The notes beneath the pieces are model-generated. The model made no database searches. It was given only the letters and a program-made list of their open reading frames with translations, and had not been told where the DNA came from. Shown piece after piece: positions 8,547-16,202 of a stretch of 40,842 nucleotides of DNA. Both the position numbers and the translations under genes were made by a program. Origin of the DNA: a virus (Duplodnaviria > Caudoviricetes); IMG/VR virus record IMGVR_UViG_3300034155_000007, positions 1-40,842 of that record. One strand, 5' to 3'. Position 1 is the first letter of the stretch; each line of letters opens with the position of its first letter.

Positions 8547-9379
8547 TCGTCGAACAGCGGAGCGGTCGCCGCCTCATGCTCGCCCACGAGGGCTACGTCG
8601 GATGGCGGCTCGGGCAGCTTCTCCTCGACAGGCGCCGGCAGAATCCACTCCTCCGTCTCGATCAGGTCAACGTGCAACCGATACCACGAGCCTGGCTTGT
8701 CGGGTCGCTTGACGTTGTACAGGATGCCGGCGACCGTGGCGACCTTGCCGACCAGCGTCTCGGGCTTCATGGAAACGGCGAGGTAGGCGGCCTCCCCGAG
8801 CGGCCCTGAGACGATGCACTGCGGGATGTTCTTGTCGCCATCGATCTCCAGGCGGAACCCGAAAACGTGGCCGTCTGGCCCCTGCCGCGCCACGAGCTTG
8901 TAGTCCTCGGCCGAGCCCTTGCGGATGATCCCCCGCCGACGGACGCGGCCAATCATCGCCTCGATGTCGCCGCGCTCGCCGTTCTTGTCGTTGTCAAGGT
9001 CGCCCGACCTGTCGTCCGCCTTGTTGTCGATCTCGTTCTGCGTGGCAATCGAGGCGTCGATGAGGATGCCGAGCGACCCGATGGCCCGGCCCCACGCGCT
9101 TGTCTCGGCGTTCTCTACCTCGGAGCCCTTCGTGTAGGGCGTCCTGCCGGGGAGCTCCATCCACGACCAGCCGACGCCGGGGTGCGGGTCGTCTACCGTG
9201 CGATAGGCCAGGGCCTTGACGACGACCCGGGGCGTGCCGTCCTCCATCCAAATCTCGACCCGATCGGTAACCAGCCGACCGCCGCCGAACAGTTCGTAGA
9301 ACTTGGCGATCCGGTCCTTGACCTGAACGTAGTCCCCAAGCGACTTGGCGACGCGCTCGCCAACGGTGGAGTCAGCCAT
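8543..9379 (-). CDS. Putative single-strand annealing/recombination protein
   Basis: DYVQVKDRI..F and ENAETSAWGRA..LGI motifs typical of phage annealing proteins; beta-rich C-terminal domain. Confidence 0.6.
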   Translation of the reverse strand: MADSTVGERVAKSLGDYVQVKDRIAKFYELFGGGRLVTDRVEIWMEDGTPRVVVKALAYRTVDDPHPGVGWSWMELPGRTPYTKGSEVENAETSAWGRAIGSLGILIDASIATQNEIDNKADDRSGDLDNDKNGERGDIEAMIGRVRRRGIIRKGSAEDYKLVARQGPDGHVFGFRLEIDGDKNIPQCIVSGPLGEAAYLAVSMKPETLVGKVATVAGILYNVKRPDKPGSWYRLHVDLIETEEWILPAPVEEKLPEPPSDVALVGEHEAATAPLFDE

Positions 9380-9620
9380 CGGTATCCCCCTTTAGTGTGC
9401 CGTGCCAGTCCAGAGGTTCGACTACGTTGCCTTGGGCGTCGGAATGCCATGAGGGAGCGGGCGACTCGTGGGCGACCTCCCACTGATCGATGACGTTCAG
9501 TACGTCCTGAACGTGAACCCAACGAGGCAGCACCTTTCGCCCGTCGGTCAGGGCTAGGACTCGGCCGCGCAGTTCTTCGATTGCCAGCGTCGTCCGGTCA
9601 AGTCCGATACCGTTGCTCAC
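9372..9620 (-). CDS. Hypothetical protein
   Basis: Coupled ORF with RBS. Confidence 0.7.
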   Translation of the reverse strand: MSNGIGLDRTTLAIEELRGRVLALTDGRKVLPRWVHVQDVLNVIDQWEVAHESPAPSWHSDAQGNVVEPLDWHGTLKGDTDG

Positions 9621-9874
9621 CCTTCTCCCCCTTCCTTCTCGCGGTCATAACCATCGTTATCGGCAGGGGCGTACGGGTTCCCGCCCGTCCACGTCTTCAC
9701 GGCCCGCCCCATCCAGGCGTGCTCGGCGTACGCCTTGGAGAACGCGATCTTGCAGCCGCCGCAGTCATCGAGTAGCGGGCGCTCATCGTGGTTGCCCTCA
9801 AAGTGGGCGCGCTGCATGTCTTCGTAGTCGTGCTCGGCTTGGATGGTGTTGGCGCGGCGTTCCTCGGGAGTCAT
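9617..9874 (-). CDS. Hypothetical protein (H...H...CGGC)
   Basis: Coupled ORF. Confidence 0.7.
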   Translation of the reverse strand: MTPEERRANTIQAEHDYEDMQRAHFEGNHDERPLLDDCGGCKIAFSKAYAEHAWMGRAVKTWTGGNPYAPADNDGYDREKEGGEG

Positions 9875-10074
9875 CGGTCAGAATCGAGTTCTTCGGCAAG
9901 CTGCGCTAGCCACTCCTCGAATGCGAGAGCCTGCTGATACAGGATCGTCCGAGTCGTGCGCGGCGTACCGAATGCGAGACGGTAGAGCGACTGACGCTCC
10001 TGGATACGCGCGACCGTGCTGCGCAGTCGGTTCAAGCCACGCTGTCTCTCCCTTTCGACGGCGGTGCCGCTCAT
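9871..10074 (-). CDS. Hypothetical helical protein (starts MSGTAVER)
   Basis: ATGA overlaps at both ends. Confidence 0.65.
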   Translation of the reverse strand: MSGTAVERERQRGLNRLRSTVARIQERQSLYRLAFGTPRTTRTILYQQALAFEEWLAQLAEELDSDR

Positions 10075-10358
10075 CGGTCGCCCCAAGCGAACCGGCGCTC
10101 GCTCTCGGTCCAGCCCTTCGCCATCGTCACCGGGTCCGCGCTCTCCGGCATCCGCCAGTCCGGCTCCACCGGATCGGCCAGCCCGAACCGCCGCACCACG
10201 TCCTCGCGGTGGCCTTCTGCGGCGCAATACCAGCGGGTGATCCCGTCACGGTCCGTCATGGAACGGAGGCCCCGTGTGGCCTGGCAGGGGATACGTTCGT
10301 CGCCGTAGCCCGAGACGGAGATGCGGCGGCGGTGGGTACGGGCGTGGCAGGTAATCAT
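10071..10358 (-). CDS. Hypothetical protein
   Basis: ATGA overlaps at both ends; Cys/His pattern. Confidence 0.7.
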   Translation of the reverse strand: MITCHARTHRRRISVSGYGDERIPCQATRGLRSMTDRDGITRWYCAAEGHREDVVRRFGLADPVEPDWRMPESADPVTMAKGWTESERRFAWGDR

Positions 10359-10459
10359 GGCGCGATGATCCGATCAAGAAACGCGATGATCTGCGACATG
10401 TGCCATGCGATGTAGAGGAACGCCAAGAACGTTATCGCCTCGATCCAGAAACCCCTCAT
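10355..10459 (-). CDS. Small hydrophobic protein (34 aa, MRGFWIEAITFLAFLYIAW...)
   Basis: TGATG and ATGA overlaps exactly fill the gap between neighbours. Confidence 0.55.
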   Translation of the reverse strand: MRGFWIEAITFLAFLYIAWHMSQIIAFLDRIIAP

Positions 10460-10653
10460 CACTTCTTCCCCTTCGTTCCCTGATTGACGCGCGCCAAGAT
10501 GCGGAGATGGTGTGTCCGGTAGCGCTCGACTTCCTTCGGTGCAACGTGCCAGTCGCGGCCCAGCTTCTCGGCCCGCAGCTTGCCGGCGTGGATTTGCTGG
10601 CGCAGCGTGTCCGGCGTCAGGCCGAGAGTGGCGGCGGCTTCGTTGAGGGTCAT
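10459..10653 (-). CDS. Excisionase-like (MerR-type) HTH DNA-binding protein
   Basis: MTLNEAAATLGLTPDTLRQQIHAGKLRAEKLGRDWHV; AAGGA RBS. Confidence 0.85.
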   Translation of the reverse strand: MTLNEAAATLGLTPDTLRQQIHAGKLRAEKLGRDWHVAPKEVERYRTHHLRILARVNQGTKGKK

Positions 10654-10665
10654 CTGTCCTTTCGT

Positions 10666-10868
10666 GGGGGGTTCAGCGGAGAGGAGAAGTGGTAAGGCCG
10701 GGCGGGTGGTGAAACCCTGCCATCTTGCACCGGCCCGGTCACCGTCCGGGAACTCGGTGTCGTGCGCTAGTCCTTCTCACACTTGAGGGTCTGCGGGATC
10801 GGCCCGCATCGTCGGCGTGACACCAACGGATTTCGCCCTTTCGCGCCTTTCTCTCCGCTGAGCCCTCC
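10666..10868 (-). ncRNA. Candidate structured RNA in a long 5' leader
   Basis: 18-bp closing helix (10666-10683 with 10851-10868) enclosing at least five hairpins; no plausible ORF. Confidence 0.55.
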
Positions 10869-10890
10869 AGGTACGGTGGTTGATACACAG

Positions 10891-10933
10891 ACTCTACGCT
10901 ACCGTAGCCGCTATGTCAATACCCTAGCGTAGA
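10891..10933 (-). promoter_or_regulatory. Sigma70-type promoter with overlapping inverted repeats
   Basis: TTGACA (10919-10914), 17 nt, TAGAGT (10896-10891); TCTACGCTA (10893-10901) and TAGCGTAGA (10925-10933) inverted repeat. Confidence 0.75.
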
Positions 10934-10960
10934 TTGCCCGGTGCCCGGACGCACCGCTAC

Positions 10961-11191
10961 TCAGGCGTGCCGCCCAACCTGACCCCCACCCGGAAGGGGG
11001 GAACCGGATAGAGCGGTGGGCGGCACGCCTGAACGAAGCGGGCTCACGTACGGGACGCGCGGCGCGTTGGCGTAAACCAGCGCGAGCCGCGGCGTCTTCC
11101 ACGGCGGGCCGATCGGCGTGAAGTCGCGGCCATTGGTGGTGGTGCCCACCTGGTAGCGGCCAGCGGTGACGCGGACCATGCGCTCGCTCAT
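10961..11191 (-). CDS. Hypothetical protein
   Basis: ATGA-coupled ORF. Confidence 0.6.
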   Translation of the reverse strand: MSERMVRVTAGRYQVGTTTNGRDFTPIGPPWKTPRLALVYANAPRVPYVSPLRSGVPPTALSGSPLPGGGQVGRHA

Positions 11192-11448
11192 CGCGGGCGC
11201 CCGCCCGCTTGGAAGTCACAGAGCGGCACGTCCGAGTACCACTTGTGGTACTGGCTGGCGGCCCGTTCCTCGATCGTGTCGTGGCGCACGTTGATGCCCG
11301 CATACCCGCACCGCCGACAGAAACCGGGCGTGCGCCGCTCTCGGGCTTTCCAGTACCCACGCCGCATCTCGGGCGTCATGCCGGCTCCCAGGTCATCCGC
11401 AGGCGCGGCGGGCGTCTCCGTGGCTGTGGTTGGCTCGTGGGCGGTCAC
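11188..11448 (-). CDS. Hypothetical protein (CRRC motif)
   Basis: GTGA and ATGA overlaps. Confidence 0.6.
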   Translation of the reverse strand: MTAHEPTTATETPAAPADDLGAGMTPEMRRGYWKARERRTPGFCRRCGYAGINVRHDTIEERAASQYHKWYSDVPLCDFQAGGRPR

Positions 11449-11972
11449 GGCAGGGGCTCGCGTGGCTCGGAGTCCATGACGGCCTCGTATTGCGCCTTGA
11501 CCCAGCGGGCATCGCCGAGCGCCGTGTGCCGGTCGAAGGCGGCCGGATCGACGCCGATAGCGCGGCTGAGTTCGTCGCTGTCCAACGGTGGGGCGAGTCG
11601 CAGCCGGCCAGCGATCAGCGTCTCGACATCGATCAGGTGGTAGTGCCACGCACCGACGTGGCCGTGCGTCCGCAGGAAGCGATCGAGGAACGCCGCGTCG
11701 AAAGAGGGGACCGCACCAACGATGTGTTTCCCGGCGAGTGTCTCGGCAAGGTAGAGCGCCACCTGCGATGCATTCCAGCCGCTCTGGCCGGACATCCGTT
11801 CGTAGTAGTGGTTCATCCGCAGCGCCGTCGGGTCAGCCGTTTCGAGATGCAGCGGACGAAGCAGCGGGTTGTATTCGGTGCCGTCCTCCTCGATCAGTGC
11901 GATGTCCCACAGTTCGTGACGCTCGTGGTCGAGCCCGGTCGTCTCAGTGTCGAGGAAGACGAGGCCGCTCAC
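11445..11972 (-). CDS. DEDDh 3'-5' exonuclease (DnaQ-like)
   Basis: FLDTETTGLD, SFDAAFL and HTALGDA motifs. Confidence 0.92.
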   Translation of the reverse strand: MSGLVFLDTETTGLDHERHELWDIALIEEDGTEYNPLLRPLHLETADPTALRMNHYYERMSGQSGWNASQVALYLAETLAGKHIVGAVPSFDAAFLDRFLRTHGHVGAWHYHLIDVETLIAGRLRLAPPLDSDELSRAIGVDPAAFDRHTALGDARWVKAQYEAVMDSEPREPLP

Positions 11973-12166
11973 GGCAACCGCCCCTGCGGAAAGACGACCG
12001 CCACCACAAACAGCACCACCACAACGGCCGCCGCGAACCCGCCGACGCGCCGGTCAGGCTGGTGCGCCTGCCGCAGCGGGTTCGCCGGCAGCTCCAGGAG
12101 CGCGGCCCCGAGGACGAGGCAGCCGACGAACAGGGCGATCCCGAGGAGGAGCAGCTCGGGGGTCAT
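11969..12166 (-). CDS. Small 2-TM membrane protein
   Basis: MTPELLLLGIALFVGCLV...; coupled overlaps. Confidence 0.65.
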   Translation of the reverse strand: MTPELLLLGIALFVGCLVLGAALLELPANPLRQAHQPDRRVGGFAAAVVVVLFVVAVVFPQGRLP

Positions 12167-12447
12167 CGGGACGGCTCGCGGAGGCGTTCGTATTCGGCGG
12201 CGACGTCCTTGCCGCAGTTGGCGACGCATGGCTCGTTGGCCCAGAACTTGGTACGGTGCTCAACGATCGCTTTACCCAGCATCTCCACGTCCAGCCCGCG
12301 CGCCAGCGCGATCAGGCGGCGGATCGTGTCGGGATCGCAGGCGCGGTCTAGGGCGAGAATGGCCCCTAGCCGGGGTGCCCCGAGCGGTGCGGTTTGCGCC
12401 TTCTCGGCCAGCGCCTCCAGTGCGTCGAGGTCCAGCGGCTCGGTCAT
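12163..12447 (-). CDS. Hypothetical protein, [16 protein letters not shown] family (Ead/Ea22-like N-terminus)
   Basis: First 16 codons identical to 16005..16202; LDAL..LAEKA...P.TI..LI pattern. Confidence 0.7.
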   Translation of the reverse strand: MTEPLDLDALEALAEKAQTAPLGAPRLGAILALDRACDPDTIRRLIALARGLDVEMLGKAIVEHRTKFWANEPCVANCGKDVAAEYERLREPSR

Positions 12448-12632
12448 CGTGATGCCAAGCCGTTCACAACTGGATCAGGGCGAGCGGCAATCTCGGCGTG
12501 TTTACGCACAGCGGCAGCGAACTTGGCGGCGGCTTCATCTTTCGTGCGGCCGTGAACGGCCCACCCACCACTGATGGGACGGGCTGCCCACCCACCTTTG
12601 ATTTCGTAGAACTCGGGCGTCTCTCCGCTCAT
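12444..12632 (-). CDS. HicB-like small protein
   Basis: GGWAA...GWAVHGRTKDEA...F..AV resembles the HicB partial RNase H fold. Confidence 0.5.
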   Translation of the reverse strand: MSGETPEFYEIKGGWAARPISGGWAVHGRTKDEAAAKFAAAVRKHAEIAARPDPVVNGLASR

Positions 12633-13099
12633 CCCGCTACCTGCCCCTTCCGAAGCTGCCACGCCAGTCGGGCGATCAGCGCCAGACCCAGCATCCCAAT
12701 CCAGAACCCGGCCGGCCCGTTCGGGTTGGTGGGCGTCGTCATGGAGGTCGGCGGCAGGGTCAAGGTCGGCGTGTTCTCAGGTGTCGGCGCGGGCGTAATC
12801 GCAGGCGTCGGGCTCGTGGTCGCGGACGGGGTAGGCGTGGCCGAAGGGGTCGGCGAAGGCGAAGGCGTCGCGCTCGGCGTAGGCGTCGGCGTGCACTGGC
12901 CGGCTTCCTCGCAGGTGAGCGGGCGGGTCGGCGTCGGGCTGACGCTGGGCGTCCACGAAGGCGTGGGCGTCGGGCAGTGCTTGTAGGTCGAGTAGAGCCC
13001 GGGCTGGCAGCCGGTGGCGGACGCCGAGGGTGCCCCGATGAACAGGGCGAGCATGGCGATAGCGGCCAGGACGGAGAGGGCGACGCGGATACGGGTCAT
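12629..13099 (-). CDS. Pro/Thr-rich surface protein, copy 2 (signal peptide, LPPTS, TM, basic tail)
   Basis: Signal peptide ending ASA, PT/PS repeats, LPxT motif followed by hydrophobic helix and RK. Confidence 0.75.
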   Translation of the reverse strand: MTRIRVALSVLAAIAMLALFIGAPSASATGCQPGLYSTYKHCPTPTPSWTPSVSPTPTRPLTCEEAGQCTPTPTPSATPSPSPTPSATPTPSATTSPTPAITPAPTPENTPTLTLPPTSMTTPTNPNGPAGFWIGMLGLALIARLAWQLRKGQVAG

Positions 13100-13926
13100 G
13101 TGGTCTCCTTCGGTGTGGTGGTGGCGGGGACGGGGCTGGGCTCTAGGGCGGCGCGGGCACGGCTCACGAGGTCAACAACAACGGGGTATCCCCAACCGTC
13201 ATGGCCGTCTGCGTTCTTGCTGCTGGTCGGGTTCTGGTTGGCCACGTATTCCACGAACCGCCGCAGCCGCTCCAGCGTGGACGCGTCCACGAAGGCGGAG
13301 CCGTTGGCGAGGATGGCGTCGGCGAGGGCATCACGGAAGCCGGGGTCCGCAAGGATAAGTGGGGCCAACTTCTCGGCCATCCAGGACATGTCGCCGTCGG
13401 TCTTGACGGAGGACAGGGTCCGACCGGCCCCGTAGGTCCGGCCTAGCTCGTGGATGGACAATTCGATGGCTTTCGTCAGCGCCGCTCGCAGCGCCTCGCT
13501 GTCTGGCATGGCCGGGTCGGCTGGGGAGGCAACGAGGGCGGCACGGAGGTAATCAATCCGAACCCCGGGGACACCCTCGCCCGGTGCTATCCCCTGTCCC
13601 TCTGTGATGAGGTGGCCGTTGTCCTCTGCGTGGTGGATTTCCCGCTCCAGCGCCGCTCGCAGCGCATCGCTGTCGGGCATGGCCGGGGTGAGGCGGGCGG
13701 CCTCCTGCTCGATGGCAACAACGTCACGCTCAAGGGCTTCGATCAGAGCATCGTCGTGCTTGCGAGGTATCCAGCGAAGCACAAGCAGTCGCCCGGCCAT
13801 CGTCTGCGGTTCCGGGGTCAGGGGTGGCATGGCTGCCTCGGGCTTGTTAGCCATTCTCGGCTCTCGTCGCTCGCCCTTGGATGCGTCCGGCTCGCGTGCG
13901 CCTCGGGCTTTCCACGGCTCGCTCAT
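13096..13926 (-). CDS. Mosaic hypothetical protein built of repeat-bounded modules
   Basis: Shares exact DNA blocks with 4324..4968 and 13923..14360. Confidence 0.75.
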   Translation of the reverse strand: MSEPWKARGAREPDASKGERREPRMANKPEAAMPPLTPEPQTMAGRLLVLRWIPRKHDDALIEALERDVVAIEQEAARLTPAMPDSDALRAALEREIHHAEDNGHLITEGQGIAPGEGVPGVRIDYLRAALVASPADPAMPDSEALRAALTKAIELSIHELGRTYGAGRTLSSVKTDGDMSWMAEKLAPLILADPGFRDALADAILANGSAFVDASTLERLRRFVEYVANQNPTSSKNADGHDGWGYPVVVDLVSRARAALEPSPVPATTTPKETT

Positions 13927-14360
13927 TCCCGCGCCCCTTCGGCGGGGACGGGGCTAGGCTCTAGGGCGGCGCGGAAAGTGCGCATACGATTGGCCGGAAC
14001 GGTCACGTTGCCGTCCTTGTGTTCAGAAGATGCCCACTCCGCCACAGCATGAGCAGCCGTCCGCAGCCGCTCCAGCTCGCCCGCGTCCATCGCGATGTCT
14101 GCGGCATCGCGAAAGACGGAGCCGTTGGCGAGGATGGCGTCGGCGAGGGACTCCCACGACCCTTCCACTACACGGCGGTCGGCAATACGCAGCCGTTCCG
14201 CCAGCTTGTCGCGTCCGTTGTCGGTGTCCCCCTGGGTGCAGGTCTCTGCGTGGTGCTCGGCGAAGCAAGGGTCGTCAGGCAAAGCGAAGCATTCAAGACA
14301 GTACCGACCCTTCACCACGCTAGGCTGGTACGGATGCGGGATCAGGACGTCTGCGCTCAT
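13923..14360 (-). CDS. Mosaic hypothetical protein
   Basis: GGAGG RBS; LADAILANGS and RAALEPSPVPA blocks shared with its neighbour. Confidence 0.75.
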   Translation of the reverse strand: MSADVLIPHPYQPSVVKGRYCLECFALPDDPCFAEHHAETCTQGDTDNGRDKLAERLRIADRRVVEGSWESLADAILANGSVFRDAADIAMDAGELERLRTAAHAVAEWASSEHKDGNVTVPANRMRTFRAALEPSPVPAEGARE

Positions 14361-14368
14361 CTCAGCTT

Positions 14369-14543
14369 GCCTCCAACTCTGCGGGATTAGCGGCTTAGGT
14401 CAGGGAGCCGAGCCTCGGCGGGGCCGAGTGCTAACGGGCTGGTGGAGCCTGTCTGGCATGATCCCCGCGGAGCCACCGACTCACGTTGACGGGGGATGCC
14501 ACACCCGACTCCTTGATCTAAGCCTCTAATCTCGCCTCCAACT
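14369..14543. other. Structured intergenic element: 30-bp imperfect inverted repeat with flanking 10-bp direct repeats
   Basis: 14381-14410 pairs with 14506-14535; GCCTCCAACT at 14369-14378 and 14534-14543; internal hairpins. Confidence 0.65.
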
Positions 14544-15087
14544 AACCCCACTGTGACGCCATCGCCCGAGCAATGCCCGGCATCGTTCGGCTACGTTCCT
14601 TCCAGCGATCGGGTCCCGGGCTGGCGCGGTGGACGCGAGCAACTCGACCTGGGACGATGTCGGTAGCCTCCAGCTTCGGGAGGCCCTTGAGCCAAAGGCA
14701 CGTCGCCTTGGTCTCGCCGTCCCCGAACCACCACGGCTGGACGATCTGATCGGGCTTCCTGATCCGGGAGCTGATGACGCTGATCGGGTTCTCCAGCGCG
14801 ATCCGCGGAATGGGCGCATCGAGCAGCAGCCGAACGAAGTCCAGCGCCTCAGCCTGTTCGGCCATCCGGCCAGCGAACCAGCGAGCGCCAGAAACGGCGA
14901 GGAAGGTGCAGGGCGGATGCGCCACCATGAGGTCCCAGCCGTCGTCCAGGATGTCGCGGATGTCGCCCTGGTAGTGGTGGCCCGGCGTCTCGGACGGCAG
15001 GAGGTCACAGGACGTTGCATCGTGGCCGCGGAGCGCGAACTGATCCCGAACCCGTCCGCTGAACTCGCAGGCAACCAGCACCCTCAT
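14542..15087 (-). CDS. Phage DNA cytosine-methyltransferase-like protein
   Basis: MRVLVACEFSG, AHPPCT, ALENP, QPWWFG and K.TCLWL motifs. Confidence 0.8.
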   Translation of the reverse strand: MRVLVACEFSGRVRDQFALRGHDATSCDLLPSETPGHHYQGDIRDILDDGWDLMVAHPPCTFLAVSGARWFAGRMAEQAEALDFVRLLLDAPIPRIALENPISVISSRIRKPDQIVQPWWFGDGETKATCLWLKGLPKLEATDIVPGRVARVHRASPGPDRWKERSRTMPGIARAMASQWG

Positions 15088-15233
15088 CCCGGCGTCCCCT
15101 GGCCCCACGTCGCCACCACGATGAACAGCACGACAATGACGAGCACCGGGAACAGGGCCAGCTCGTAGCGCGGGGCGTAGACCTCGACGCGCTCGGGGAC
15201 GTGGACCGGATGCGCCTGGCGAACGCGGCTCAC
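15084..15233 (-). CDS. Small single-TM protein (49 aa)
   Basis: GTGA and ATGA overlaps; hydrophobic C-terminus. Confidence 0.55.
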   Translation of the reverse strand: MSRVRQAHPVHVPERVEVYAPRYELALFPVLVIVVLFIVVATWGQGTPG

Positions 15234-15898
15234 AGCGCCAGCCCCAAGACTTCCTGCGAGCACCGTTGGGCGGCGATCTCGCAGTAGCGCTCCTCGATCT
15301 CGATGCCGATGGCGCGACGACCCATTTCTTTGGCCGCGATGAGGAATGAGCCAGACCCGGTGAAGGGGTCGAGAATCGTCTCGCCGTCCAGCGAGACTCG
15401 GCCCACGAGCCAACGCGATACGTCATCGCCCTTTGGGCAGGGATGCCCGACCACATCGGTTCGCCCGTTGCTCATGAACGTGAGTGGCTGGATCGTCAAG
15501 CCGACTCGTGGGTCACGGCCATACAGGAGGACCGGCTGCCATGTGGCTCGGCCCCACTTCGACATCCCCTGCGTGGCGGGTTGGAGAATCGCAGCGATGT
15601 CGTCGGGCTTGGGGTACTCGTAGCAGTGAGGCGTCCCAGGCGTCACCGCGCCCCGCCCACCACACCTAGCCAGCGCGAGCACAACGGCTGGGACAAAGAC
15701 CCCGCGCACGCCATCGAGATCGTCGATGAACTCCGCGACATAAACGGACTTGGCTCGCGCCTTGTTTATTGTTCCCGAGGACCCGCTCAGGCCGTAGGGC
15801 GGATCGGTCACGACGACATCTGCTGTCAGCGTCGGCAAGACTTCCCGGCAATCCCCGTGGTAGATCGTCACGAGGTCGTCCTGGTAGTACGGCGTCAC
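15230..15898 (-). CDS. DNA N4-C/N6-A methyltransferase (beta class)
   Basis: IYHGDC, VVTDPPYG, HPCPK, ILDPFTGSGS and GIEIEERYC motifs. Confidence 0.92.
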   Translation of the reverse strand: MTPYYQDDLVTIYHGDCREVLPTLTADVVVTDPPYGLSGSSGTINKARAKSVYVAEFIDDLDGVRGVFVPAVVLALARCGGRGAVTPGTPHCYEYPKPDDIAAILQPATQGMSKWGRATWQPVLLYGRDPRVGLTIQPLTFMSNGRTDVVGHPCPKGDDVSRWLVGRVSLDGETILDPFTGSGSFLIAAKEMGRRAIGIEIEERYCEIAAQRCSQEVLGLAL

Positions 15899-16008
15899 AG
15901 CCCGTCCCCCACCCGCCGCCGCTCCGGGAGCAGCGGATCAGGCCCGGCGATCGCGGCCAGTCGCAGGCCGACCACGATGGCGACAGCGAGGGCGAGCAGC
16001 GCGATCAC
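15895..16008 (-). CDS. Small hydrophobic protein (37 aa)
   Basis: GTGA overlaps at both ends; [15 protein letters not shown]. Confidence 0.5.
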   Translation of the reverse strand: MIALLALAVAIVVGLRLAAIAGPDPLLPERRRVGDGL

Positions 16009-16202
16009 GACGCGGACTCCGCGCCATAGGGCGGCGTCTCGGGATACTCAGTCAGCCCACAGATCGTGCAATGCCAACCGGTCTCGTCATCTGCAGCGTC
16101 GACCCAGTAGTGCTCATGGTCGGGCTTCGTCGCCGCATCCGGTCCCGGCGTCACCTTCTCGGCCAGCGCCTCCAGTGCGTCGAGGTCCAGCGGCTCGGTC
16201 AT
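16005..16202 (-). CDS. Hypothetical protein, [16 protein letters not shown] family
   Basis: 51-bp identity with 12399..12449; HEH.W...CTICG C-terminus. Confidence 0.7.
   Translation of the reverse strand: MTEPLDLDALEALAEKVTPGPDAATKPDHEHYWVDAADDETGWHCTICGLTEYPETPPYGAESAS

Noticed and set aside
10459-10653. Excisionase implying an integration module
   Set aside because: No tyrosine or serine integrase or att-like site is visible, and this HTH family also acts as a plain regulator.
10666-10868. tRNA, hammerhead ribozyme or group II intron identity for the structured elements
   Set aside because: I found no T-loop GTTCRA cloverleaf, no CUGANGA core and no GUGYG/domain V signature here or at 14381-14535.
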